Assembly (NCBI GenBank): GCA_025454975.1
Contig: JALONK010000013.1
Coordinates: forward strand, 994 to 64,993
Length of the DNA stretch: 64,000 nucleotides
From: Bacteroidia bacterium
GTDB taxonomy: Bacteria; Bacteroidota; Bacteroidia; UKL13-3
Reading direction: 5' to 3'
Shown: positions 9,384 through 19,184 of the stretch, piece after piece
How positions within the stretch are numbered: position 1 is the first letter of the stretch
How the letters are laid out: each line of letters starts with the position of its first letter
Program-made: the position numbers and the translations under genes
The notes under the pieces: generated by a model
What the model saw: only the letters and a program-made list of their open reading frames with translations
Database searches by the model: none
Told to the model about the DNA's origin: nothing

Positions 9384-11086
9384 TGTTGTTTGTTTAGGGT
9401 TACAAATACAATTTCTCCTTCTTTAGCTTTTTTGGTAAGTTTCTTTGCTTGAAAAACAACCTCATTTTCATTCTCAAATAATATCGGATTGGCATATCCA
9501 AGCACCCACTCATCATTATTAAATGATTTAAACGGGCTTAATTCTTTACTCAATAAATCATATTTACAAATGCCAAGCCCACTCATTAGTCCAAGCTTGT
9601 GTTTAGCTTGCATTGTGCCGTTTTCGTTCAACATTTTATTATATGTTGCATAATCAAAAAACGACCAATAAAAGCGGCTTCCATCTTTTGTAAAATGTAA
9701 ATTAAATTTTGTGTATTTTTCTTCAGGTTTAGCCAAATAGGTTAAGAGTTCGCCTGTAGCTGAAAATATAATTGTGACAATAGCTGACCGATCTTGCTCG
9801 CCTTTACTATTTATTGCTTTTACGGTTTGCCCTGAAATAAATAAGTTGCCGTTTTTAGCATGAATTTGTACATCCATAAAATACAAGCAGGGCTCTGCCT
9901 TTCCTTTAACTCCCGGTACTACTTGTGTTTTTCCTGTTAAATCTTCTTTGTTTAGTGCTCTCAAATAATCAACTTTACCATTGCTTATTTTAGCAATTTG
10001 TAATGCCGGAAATTCTTTTATTTTAAAAACATCAAAGGTGCTGAAGGAGGTTTTTTCTGTTGAGCTGTAACCTACAACATAAACCTCTTGGCCGATTTCT
10101 TTAACATGCTCAATTGCCCAATTTCCATAAACCGCTTCAAGGTTAATGCGCTCCTTTACTTCAAATGACTCCCCATCAACCCTGATGTATTCAAAGTTTA
10201 ATGGATTAGTTGTGGGCTGTTTTGACTTTTTATAGAAAAATGGTTTCATGATAATGATGTAATCAAAAACTCCGGGAGCCCTTTCTATTTCTTTCACCGT
10301 TGGCAAACACTGATAGTCATAACTAAAGGTTAACTCTTTAATCACAGTGCCGTTTCCGTTGTATTTTCTAAACACATAATGTGCTTTATTTGGATCAGGA
10401 TTTACTCCTACGGTTGAAAATAAAATGTTCCCACCGTTAGGAACCGGATTATTGTAAAGAGGATACCATTTTTGTCCTTTCGCTTCCTTTGCGTCACTTG
10501 AAGAGATGTTTTCAATAATTGGAATTTCGCCACATAAAGTTCCTTGCGTTTTTGTATCCTTAGCAAGTGGTTGACAACCCACTGTTGAGATATTTACCTT
10601 AAAACCGGAGATTCCTGCTGTGCCCGTAACCACATCAGTAAACATGAATGAATTATTAAGCGGTCGTGGTAAATTCGCTCCACCTTGCCAAACACTTTTG
10701 CCCAAATTTGCAAAAATCGGCATAAATGTTTTGCCAAACACAAATTCATTGTTTAATAGTGCTTCCTCCGACGATTCATATTTTTTTGAAATAGTTTTAA
10801 GATAGTCATAGGTGTTTGAAAACAGCAACATGTCAATATTCCACTTTAACCCTCTATATGTTCGTGTTCCTGTCCAAAAGCTTTTGTTTACATCACAAAT
10901 AGATTGTGCAAACTTGATTTAAATTTCATGGTTAATACTGTCTCGTCCGGCTTCAATAATAAACCAGTTTTTATGTTTGTTCTGACTTGCCAGCTCAAAA
11001 CTTTTAGTCGTAACTTCTACTTGTGCATGGATAACAAAACTGATTAGGAAACCGGCACATGTTGAGATAAATTTTTTCATATTCAT
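9380..11086 (-). pseudogene. Secreted hypothetical protein (~585 aa) interrupted by a single in-frame TAA (rc of 10919-10921). ORF-track pieces 10919..11143 (signal peptide) and 9380..10831 are in the same frame
   Basis: Both pieces have lowest coordinate ≡2 mod 3. Manual translation of the 87 nt between them (IKFAQSICDVNKSFWTGTRTYRGLKWNID) has no other stop. The upstream piece carries signal peptide MKKFISTCAGFLISFVIHAQ; the downstream piece has none. Confidence 0.45.
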
Positions 11087-11158
11087 AATTGAAATTTTAT
11101 TATTCAAAAATCCCGTTGTAAATACCCTGAACCAATACAGCATCTGCTGTATTTATTC

Positions 11159-11196
11159 AAAAAAAAAGGGCGGCCCAAATGTTGAGCCGCCCTTTG
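11159..11196 (-). terminator. Rho-independent terminator of the giant gene
   Basis: On the minus strand: AAAGGGCGGC-loop-GCCGCCCTTT followed by T9. Confidence 0.7.
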
Positions 11197-11213
11197 AAGT
11201 ATGGAAGAATATT

Positions 11214-14200
11214 TTACTGTTTAATAAACTTTTTAATATGTATTCCGGTTTCGTCTTCTAATTTAATAAAGTACAAACCAGGTGAAAGCGAGCTAACATC
11301 TAATCGTTCGTTTCTTTGCGTTGATGTGAATAACAACCAGGTTTTTCCTTGTCCATCAGTAATAGAAATTTTTCTATTTGATATATTAGTGAAAACGAGT
11401 TCAACCCAACTGTTTGCAGGATTAGGATACATCAAAAACAAAGCATCACTACTTATTTCGGGCAACCCAACAGGTTCGCTTATGGTAAATACTATGGTGT
11501 CTTTACAGTTATTTGCGTCTGTGAGTTTTATGGTATAAGTATCAGGACAAACATCTGAATATACTCTAACTGAATCATTAATTACAGCATTTACGCCAAC
11601 CGGGTTTGCCGGCCATGATATATTTAACGTGATTGGCAAAGCAACATTGCTCGCATGAACACGAATCTGCTTACACCTAACCGAATCAGCGGTTAGATTA
11701 GTAAACGACAACCCAACGTTACAACTAACAATATTTACTGGGTAACATACAGATGTATCTGTACAATTATTTTTTAGGATAACGACTTTAAATGTTCCTG
11801 AACTTATTGGTGTATAGCTTGCCATTGTTGCTCCGGGAATAATTAGATTAGTCGCACAATTTATCCATTGATAAGACGCTCCTGTTTCATTTGACGTCAA
11901 TGTGTTATCAATTTTTGTTACACCCACATTAATCGTATTAATTGTTAAATTTAAGGTGATGATACTATCACAGTTGGAAACGTTAGTTAATGTATCGTAA
12001 TATACCCCACTTTGCGTTAATGTTAACCCTTTAAACAGATAACTTTTGCAAGCCACTATATTTTGTGTTGAACCATTATTGTTTAGTACTAAATTTAATA
12101 CTAATATACTATCGCAGCCTGCCGTACTTGCACCAATCAGTGTATCACGATAAGAGCCCGATTGGCTGTATGTTTTACCATTAAGTATATATTGGTTACA
12201 AGCGGTAATATTTAAAGTATTTATAATAGGGCCGCCATTGTTAATGGTTAGGTTTAAAGTTATCACGCTATCGCATCCGGCAGTGTTTAAAATGGTATCT
12301 TTATATACCCCACTTTGGGTGTAGGTTTTGCCAAATATGGTCAAGCTGCCGCAACCTATTCGCGAAACACTTGAAGATGTGAGTTGGCCAGTGGTTACTG
12401 TTAATCTAACTGTACTGTCACAGTTTCCAACTACACCAACAAACGTTTGTATGTAGGTTCCCGCGGTGGTAATGCTCAAAGAGCCAAAATTGAGCGTACT
12501 TCCAGAACATAAAGAGACGTTTCTGTTAAAGGTGTCGGTTGGTGTAACATTCAGTACTGGAGAAACCGATGGGCAAACACTTCCGGTTGTAATATATTCA
12601 GCTGTAAATGTTCCACATCGGAATGGATTGGTATAATTGATATTTCCATTTAGTGTGTTGGTGAAAACCAATGTCCCGTTTCTAAACAGTCGTACTTGAT
12701 TGAATGAAGACGAAACAGACACTACCTTGGTTGTAGCATTATAGTTTAAAGTTGGACCAGCCGCTGTAGTTCCTTGTACTTTAGGATAAAAGTTGTATTG
12801 CATTTGTGTACACCCTACAGTTTGTATCAAGGCAATTCTATCACCATTTGTTACAGTTGTTGATCCGCTTGTTCCATTTGCATTCACTACAGTTACTGGA
12901 GTGAAATTAGGCGAAGAGCTTTTTGTTAGTTGATAGGTAGCAGAGGCGTTTCCGCTTCCTGTGTTAAATCCAAAGTTTCGGCTTGCACCCGCACAGATTA
13001 CCGAAGTATCCGGTATTTCAATTATAGTTGGTAAGGTAAATAAACTTGTTACTTCATTCCTTACAATGGCTCTGGAATATATGGCCACATCATCATAAAA
13101 ACCTGTAGCACCAAATGTGAATCCTGCAGTATTTCCCAAGTGTTGGATGTTGGCCTGGTTTATACCGGTGCCTGACAAGCGTAACGTATCATTCACATAT
13201 ACTTCATAGTTGGTGCCATTTCGTATAAACACAATATGATACCATACACCCGCAGTTAAGGCATAGCTTGTACCAATGTAGTTACCTACTGTTCCGAGAG
13301 CACGTAAGTTTAAATTTCCGGTTGAAACATCAATGTTTAGTATTGAACTAGTTGAACTTCCTAACAAGGCACGAGCACTTTCAGCACCAAATACTACGTT
13401 GGGTCTGTGCCAGAATGAAACTGTTACGTTTGTGAAATTACCAATACCTAAGTCAATAGAACCATTTTTTCCATTCCAGGTAAGGGCTGCTCGAGCAGCA
13501 CCTGTTCTTCCGTTGCTGTAAATCATACCGGTAGGCTCTCTACGTGTAAATAAAAGGGCGCTATTTTCGGATGGTGCAGTAAGTGAATTACCTACATCTT
13601 TGGCATTCATGGTCCAAAAGCGCTCCAGAGCTATGTTTAAGTTTGTTACATTTTTTGTAATTCTGCTAGTAAGGCGAATAGTAGCGCATGCTTTATCTAT
13701 CTGCAACCCTACAACCGTATCAGTAGGTGTAACCACAAACGTATTGGCTGTTGAATTCGTAATATTAGTGCTATTATTTCTTATGAATGTATAGGATACA
13801 GGTGTGGTGTCTTGCGCGTTCCACACAAAGTTGGTAGCATTGTTATTGCATGTTGCAATGGAAAGAGGGGATTCAATAATTACTGGTAAATTATACAAGA
13901 CCAATGCCTCACTATTTGAAAGTACCCGATTGTAAATCATGATATCATCATACCGGCCTCTTGCTCCACGATTGGTTAATCCCGGGCGACCATTCCCTAT
14001 ACGTTCGGGACGTAATGTAGGAATTGCTCCCCAGCCCTCAGAAGCAAGCTGTCCGTTTAAAATTAATTTATAATACCCGTTGCCGTTATTGGCATACACA
14101 ATATGTTGCCACACTCCGGCAGGTATGCTTGTGCTCGAAAATATGGCTTGACCAGTATTGTTTAGTAGTTGAAGTTGGTTTGAGGTTGATAGTTGTAACA

Positions 14201-17200
14201 TCGCAACAGAACCTGCGTTGCTATTTGATAATAATATTCCCTCTTCGGCACCTTGGTTGGTAAATGTTGAATTAAACCAAAACGAAACGGTATATGGCTG
14301 ACCATTTTGTAGTTCGGTTGTTGTTAAATCTGTATTTATCCATTGGTTGTTTTTGTCGGTTATTTGTACCGCACCATTAGAGTCAATATTGTTTCGACCC
14401 AATGACCCGTTTGAGCCAATGTTTCCTGTTAAACTGTAAGGCGATTGTCCGTTGGTAAGGCTATTTCTATTCTCAGTGTTCTTCATAGTCCAAAAGCGCA
14501 CCAGCCCTTGGTTTAGGTCAGCGGTTTGGTTTGAAATGTTTAAGCGCACCGGATATTCTACTGTTCTACAATTACTGAATGAACGAATGACAATAGAGCT
14601 TGTATCGCCTAGTGTAATGGATGGTATGATAGCAAATGTTGTATCCGAAAGTTTTGTGTTTCCTCTCCAAATACTATATCTCCAACCTCCTGCAAATTGA
14701 AACTGAGACCTAACCGAAACGTTTGAACCTACACATGCAGCCAAGGGTTTACTCAGACTAAGCATGGGTTGTTCGGTACTTAATAACGAAATTTCTGTTT
14801 CATTCAATTCTCGATTGTAAATAAAGATATCATCGAACGAACCTCCGGCAGCACCTTGTGTTTCTGCACCGGGCCTGTTATTGCCGAGCCTGTCGAAATT
14901 GGCAGGAGATAAATTGGTTCCGCTATTCACCAAAACGTTGTTTACATACAATTTATAATTGCCACTATTACGCACCAATACAATATGGTTCCAGCTGTTA
15001 TTAGCCAATACCACCGTTGGGTTTCCGCTGCCTGTATTCGACCACACATTTAAATTGTTGTTAACCACGACCAAAAGCGGATGCCCGGCAGGAAGAGATG
15101 TTGCATTTGATCCAAGTAATACTTTAGTTGTTGAGGAAGCAACATGAAAATAATAAAACGAAATGGTACCAACGCTTAATGGAGGAATATTGGTACGAAT
15201 TACTGAAGTTATGCCCGTCATACTTAATGCGCTATTCGCTGCTAAAGTTCTGCTACCTGTATATGCAATACCGGTACCTATAAATGATAAGGTATCATCA
15301 TTCACAATATCTCGGTTTAAACTGTTCGCATTTGCATTCCAGTACCTGATAAGCCCGTTTTGTGAAACGCGAGTAGTGTTAGTGTCATTAATGTTTACAA
15401 TTAATGTCACATACGTGCTGCAATTTGGAAAGTGTATTATTGTATCTTGATAAGTGCCTGATGCTATATAGTTTTTATTGTTGTAACTATAGCTTCCACA
15501 AGCATTGGCAACCACTGTATCAAACTCCGGAGAAACAGAAATGCGTTTTGTATAATCTATGCGCATACAGCTACTTAGCAATCGGTAGGTTATTGTTGTG
15601 TCTAAAACTGAAAAACTATTTACGGCAGCAAATGTATCGTTTGCTAAGAGTTGGTTATTTTTATACAACTCAACTAATGTTTCTTCTTTGTTTGTAAGTC
15701 CGGTTTTTATTACATAACCACAGGCTGTGCTGTAACTTGAAGGCATATCAGTATTAATTAATGTTGGAAGCAGCCGTAAGCTATCTGCTTCATTTGCGTT
15801 TAGTGCATAATTAAACACCATAAAATCATCGTATAAACCTCTTGCTGGCGAAGAGCCATTAGTTAAATTTCCAATCCTTGTTATAGGAGCAATTGTTCCC
15901 GATTGAGCTATCACCAATTGTCCATTAATATAAATCGAAGCCAAGCCATTATTGGTTAGGTTGTTTGTGTAAACAATATGATACCATTGATTTTGTGCAA
16001 GGATAAATGTTGATGTATTGCCGTTGTAAGTAAGCGTACCGTTTGCGTTAAGCGTAAGCAGAGCGTTGTTTTGGTTAGCCAACAAGGTTCCTGAAAGGGC
16101 GCTCGTTCTGTTAAACCAAAAAGCAATTGTTAAATCAGGATTATTAATTGCTGTTTCAGGAATAAAGCTTCGATTGGTGCCTGAAATGTTATATGCAGAA
16201 CCGATGTTTCCGTTGCGATCCGTGGTTGGTGTTACCAAACCTGAATGGTTTAATAAAGTTAATCCTTTATAGTTTGTTGATGAGTCGCGGCTGTTTAATG
16301 GCCAATAATGTATCATTCCTTGGTTACGATTAAACGCATTCGCCTTGTTCACCGTTAGGTTTAAGTTGATAATGCTATCACATCCAGTTGTTCGTTTTAA
16401 TATAGCAGTATACTGTCCTGTTTTAAAGTAAGTACTATCTCCAATTTTTATTGCACTACATGTGGTTAAGCTTACATTGCCGGTTACCGAATTACCTACA
16501 ACAAAAGTCTTACTAAATGTTTCAAATATGCATTGGTTTTCAACCCTAACCTGTATTAATGTATCATTAACGGCAAAAGTATTTGCATAGGTTTGACTAT
16601 TGGCTCCAACCGGCTGTGTGTTTTTAAACCAACTGTAGTTCATTCCAACAGTTGAAAAACTTATACTTTGTTGTAATGTGCTTCCTGCACAAGCTAGTTG
16701 AGATAGGTTTAACCTGCGTACTTGCCCAAATCCATAAATGTTTTGTATTTGTGCTGCGGTTAATTGTATGTTATAAATCCTAATGTCATCAAATTTTCCT
16801 GTAGCTCCTTGTGTTTCGAAACCCGGGCGATTATTCCCAAGGCGTTCAAAATTGGCAATGGATAAGTTTGAGCCTTCTGCCGCGTTTATTCCATTTATAT
16901 ATAAAACAAAACTGCTGCCATTACGAACCAAGGCAATATGATTCCATGTGTTTTGAGTAATAACCGTTCCTGTACCAATTGCTGTTCCCGCATTAGACCA
17001 CGGAAATAGCCGGCCATCGTTATTAGTAATAAGCAATAATGGGTGTCCGTTTGGAAGTAGGCTTGAATTGCTTCCAAGCAACACATTGTTTGTTTGTCCA
17101 TTACTTTGATAATAGTACCAAAACGCTATAGTGCTATTACCTGTTGGAAGGTTTCCTCCTGTGCCAATAAAACCGGTATTGTTTGAAATGCGATACGCAG

Positions 17201-18977
17201 CATCCGGAGTAGAAAACCGATCTGTATCCTTTACTGTATTTGTTAAGGATAACTGAACGCTTGAAATTCTGTCTCTGTTAGAATCAGCGCTATCCGCAAG
17301 CCAATGACGAACAAGGTTTTTATCGAGTGTATCAAATGCAAAACGAACAAACAATTGTCTTTCCAATCCCATTCCGCAAGAAGTTACCGGTTTAACAGAA
17401 ATAGTTCCGCTTGAACTATTGGGAGTAACACTTATGCTATTGGATGTTGAACTTCCACTCCAACCGGCAGGTAAAGTCCATAGGTATGAGGTGGCACCAA
17501 CAACCGTAGGAATTGTATAAGATTTGGCGCTGGTGTTACAAATTTGAACCGGGCCATTTATAGCAGCTGCATCAGCGCATTCGCCCAACTTTAAAGCAAA
17601 TAACTGACCACCTGATTGGCCTCCTGTAAAAAAATGATTTCCGTTTTTTGATACAGAAACTGATCTTCCCAAATCGTTCCCTACATCTCCATATCTATAG
17701 CTCCATAACATTGTACCTAAACCATTAACTTTAATAAAAAATGCATCTTCACCTCCTACACCGGTTAGGGTTGATGTTGAGCCCACAGGAAAAGCAGCAG
17801 TTCCGGTGAAAGAACCGGATGCATAAACCTGGCCTAATGTATCCACAGCAATGGATAATACCAAATCTGCTCCTGTGCCACCAAGCTGTCGTATCCAAGT
17901 TGCTGTTGCCACATTGGTATCTAATTTGGCTATAAATCCGTCTATACCACCTTGTGTGGTAAAATTTATCGCGGTTCCATTAGGGTTCAGGTTAATATTT
18001 GTACCGGCAAATGTGCCTCCCATATATAAACTGCCTTTGCCATCAAGCTTAAGGCCTCTAATGATATCATTACTTGATGCTCCTCCAATTCTTCTTCCCC
18101 AAAGGGTGTTTCCTGAGCTGTTTAATTTTATCACAAATCCATCTGCAAGTCCGGTTGTGGCAAGTGATACGCCATTATTAAAGTTTGATGTTCCGCCAAA
18201 TTCACCTGCTGCATACACAAATCCGTTTTGGTCAATATCTATGTCATGTAACACATCATTTGTGCCTATTCCCCCGCCATATACGCGTGCCCATTGTAAT
18301 GCGAGCGAGCCATCATATTTAGCAATAAATCCATCATTACCCCCACTTGATGATAATAAGGTACTGCCACTTAAAAGGCTAAAGTTTACACTTGCGCTGG
18401 CAAGTATACCATGTAAGTAGATATTACCTGATGCATCCGATTTTATGCCAATACCTTCTTCATTATTAGAACCACCAATGCGATAAGGCGTAAATACTTG
18501 ACCGTCCGAAGCGGAATAGCGTGCAATAAATATATCGCTACCGCCTGATGAGGTAAGTTGAGGGCTTGTATTTGGAGCATTAAATGTGGCAGTACCCGTA
18601 AAGTTGCCACACACATAAATGATACCTCCACTTACTACCATGCCATTTACTTGCTCTTCATTTAAACCGCCAATGCGCCTGGCCCATTGCAATTCTCCAA
18701 ACACATTGTATTTAGCAATAACTCCATCATAAGATCCAACAGGTGTTAATACAGATTGAGCCGATCCGAAGTCTAAATCAATAGCTGATTGGAAATACCC
18801 GCCTATGTAGAGGTTGTTTGCCTCATCATAAAAGGTAGCAGTTACTCGAATTGGTGCAGAAGTTCCCGCAGTGCCTTGCCAGTTTAATACCGGCTGCGCT
18901 TCAGTAAATTGAAACACCAACATCATGAAAAGCGTATAAACTAGTTTTTTCATAAAATAAAGAATTAGATGATACAA
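11214..18977 (-). CDS. Giant T9SS-secreted multidomain surface protein (2587 aa): SBBP beta-propeller repeats, about 5 LamG/concanavalin-like domains, Cys-rich tandem repeats, C-terminal Por sorting domain
   Basis: - Signal peptide MKKLVYTLFMMLVFQFTEAQ (probable start at 18953).
- Repeated GG.D.FIAKY motifs (SBBP).
- Five copies of LGNNRPG.ETQGA.G.FDDI.IYN-like LamG signature.
- Five or six T..GCDS...LNLT.N repeats.
- C-terminal YPNPANSWVEL...GLYFIKL...KKFIKQ, a T9SS type-A CTD. Confidence 0.85.
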   Translation of the reverse strand: MYHLILYFMKKLVYTLFMMLVFQFTEAQPVLNWQGTAGTSAPIRVTATFYDEANNLYIGGYFQSAIDLDFGSAQSVLTPVGSYDGVIAKYNVFGELQWARRIGGLNEEQVNGMVVSGGIIYVCGNFTGTATFNAPNTSPQLTSSGGSDIFIARYSASDGQVFTPYRIGGSNNEEGIGIKSDASGNIYLHGILASASVNFSLLSGSTLLSSSGGNDGFIAKYDGSLALQWARVYGGGIGTNDVLHDIDIDQNGFVYAAGEFGGTSNFNNGVSLATTGLADGFVIKLNSSGNTLWGRRIGGASSNDIIRGLKLDGKGSLYMGGTFAGTNINLNPNGTAINFTTQGGIDGFIAKLDTNVATATWIRQLGGTGADLVLSIAVDTLGQVYASGSFTGTAAFPVGSTSTLTGVGGEDAFFIKVNGLGTMLWSYRYGDVGNDLGRSVSVSKNGNHFFTGGQSGGQLFALKLGECADAAAINGPVQICNTSAKSYTIPTVVGATSYLWTLPAGWSGSSTSNSISVTPNSSSGTISVKPVTSCGMGLERQLFVRFAFDTLDKNLVRHWLADSADSNRDRISSVQLSLTNTVKDTDRFSTPDAAYRISNNTGFIGTGGNLPTGNSTIAFWYYYQSNGQTNNVLLGSNSSLLPNGHPLLLITNNDGRLFPWSNAGTAIGTGTVITQNTWNHIALVRNGSSFVLYINGINAAEGSNLSIANFERLGNNRPGFETQGATGKFDDIRIYNIQLTAAQIQNIYGFGQVRRLNLSQLACAGSTLQQSISFSTVGMNYSWFKNTQPVGANSQTYANTFAVNDTLIQVRVENQCIFETFSKTFVVGNSVTGNVSLTTCSAIKIGDSTYFKTGQYTAILKRTTGCDSIINLNLTVNKANAFNRNQGMIHYWPLNSRDSSTNYKGLTLLNHSGLVTPTTDRNGNIGSAYNISGTNRSFIPETAINNPDLTIAFWFNRTSALSGTLLANQNNALLTLNANGTLTYNGNTSTFILAQNQWYHIVYTNNLTNNGLASIYINGQLVIAQSGTIAPITRIGNLTNGSSPARGLYDDFMVFNYALNANEADSLRLLPTLINTDMPSSYSTACGYVIKTGLTNKEETLVELYKNNQLLANDTFAAVNSFSVLDTTITYRLLSSCMRIDYTKRISVSPEFDTVVANACGSYSYNNKNYIASGTYQDTIIHFPNCSTYVTLIVNINDTNTTRVSQNGLIRYWNANANSLNRDIVNDDTLSFIGTGIAYTGSRTLAANSALSMTGITSVIRTNIPPLSVGTISFYYFHVASSTTKVLLGSNATSLPAGHPLLVVVNNNLNVWSNTGSGNPTVVLANNSWNHIVLVRNSGNYKLYVNNVLVNSGTNLSPANFDRLGNNRPGAETQGAAGGSFDDIFIYNRELNETEISLLSTEQPMLSLSKPLAACVGSNVSVRSQFQFAGGWRYSIWRGNTKLSDTTFAIIPSITLGDTSSIVIRSFSNCRTVEYPVRLNISNQTADLNQGLVRFWTMKNTENRNSLTNGQSPYSLTGNIGSNGSLGRNNIDSNGAVQITDKNNQWINTDLTTTELQNGQPYTVSFWFNSTFTNQGAEEGILLSNSNAGSVAMLQLSTSNQLQLLNNTGQAIFSSTSIPAGVWQHIVYANNGNGYYKLILNGQLASEGWGAIPTLRPERIGNGRPGLTNRGARGRYDDIMIYNRVLSNSEALVLYNLPVIIESPLSIATCNNNATNFVWNAQDTTPVSYTFIRNNSTNITNSTANTFVVTPTDTVVGLQIDKACATIRLTSRITKNVTNLNIALERFWTMNAKDVGNSLTAPSENSALLFTRREPTGMIYSNGRTGAARAALTWNGKNGSIDLGIGNFTNVTVSFWHRPNVVFGAESARALLGSSTSSILNIDVSTGNLNLRALGTVGNYIGTSYALTAGVWYHIVFIRNGTNYEVYVNDTLRLSGTGINQANIQHLGNTAGFTFGATGFYDDVAIYSRAIVRNEVTSLFTLPTIIEIPDTSVICAGASRNFGFNTGSGNASATYQLTKSSSPNFTPVTVVNANGTSGSTTVTNGDRIALIQTVGCTQMQYNFYPKVQGTTAAGPTLNYNATTKVVSVSSSFNQVRLFRNGTLVFTNTLNGNINYTNPFRCGTFTAEYITTGSVCPSVSPVLNVTPTDTFNRNVSLCSGSTLNFGSLSITTAGTYIQTFVGVVGNCDSTVRLTVTTGQLTSSSVSRIGCGSLTIFGKTYTQSGVYKDTILNTAGCDSVITLNLTINNGGPIINTLNITACNQYILNGKTYSQSGSYRDTLIGASTAGCDSILVLNLVLNNNGSTQNIVACKSYLFKGLTLTQSGVYYDTLTNVSNCDSIITLNLTINTINVGVTKIDNTLTSNETGASYQWINCATNLIIPGATMASYTPISSGTFKVVILKNNCTDTSVCYPVNIVSCNVGLSFTNLTADSVRCKQIRVHASNVALPITLNISWPANPVGVNAVINDSVRVYSDVCPDTYTIKLTDANNCKDTIVFTISEPVGLPEISSDALFLMYPNPANSWVELVFTNISNRKISITDGQGKTWLLFTSTQRNERLDVSSLSPGLYFIKLEDETGIHIKKFIKQ

Positions 18978-19184
18978 AACTGAATTATGCGGGATATTAA
19001 TTGAGAGCAGATTTATAAAACAGGCGTTTAAGCAAATGAAAGCTTGAATTGAATTGGTAAAGATAAAAGCTTAAGCTTTTTAGGCCTTAGTTTAAGCCGA
19101 ATGTGGTTTTCGTGTGTGTATTGTATCGCTTCATAAATTGAAAATGCGGTTAAGTATTACTTAGGCTATATTTGTTTAGCACTC

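Noticed and set aside
10919-10921. Possibility that the in-frame stop in the split secreted-protein gene is a selenocysteine codon (selD is nearby)
   Set aside because: The codon is TAA, not TGA, so Sec recoding is excluded.
11179-11538. 119-aa plus-strand ORF
   Set aside because: It overlaps the terminator hairpin and the 3' end (T9SS CTD) of the giant gene. Spurious.
13333-18420. Several 60–190-aa plus-strand ORFs (13333..13521, 14024..14263, 15404..15697, 17851..18420 and others) inside the giant minus-strand gene
   Set aside because: They are antisense to a continuous 2587-codon ORF with coherent domain architecture, have low-complexity or Pro/Ser-rich translations, and show no start context. 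Treated as spurious.
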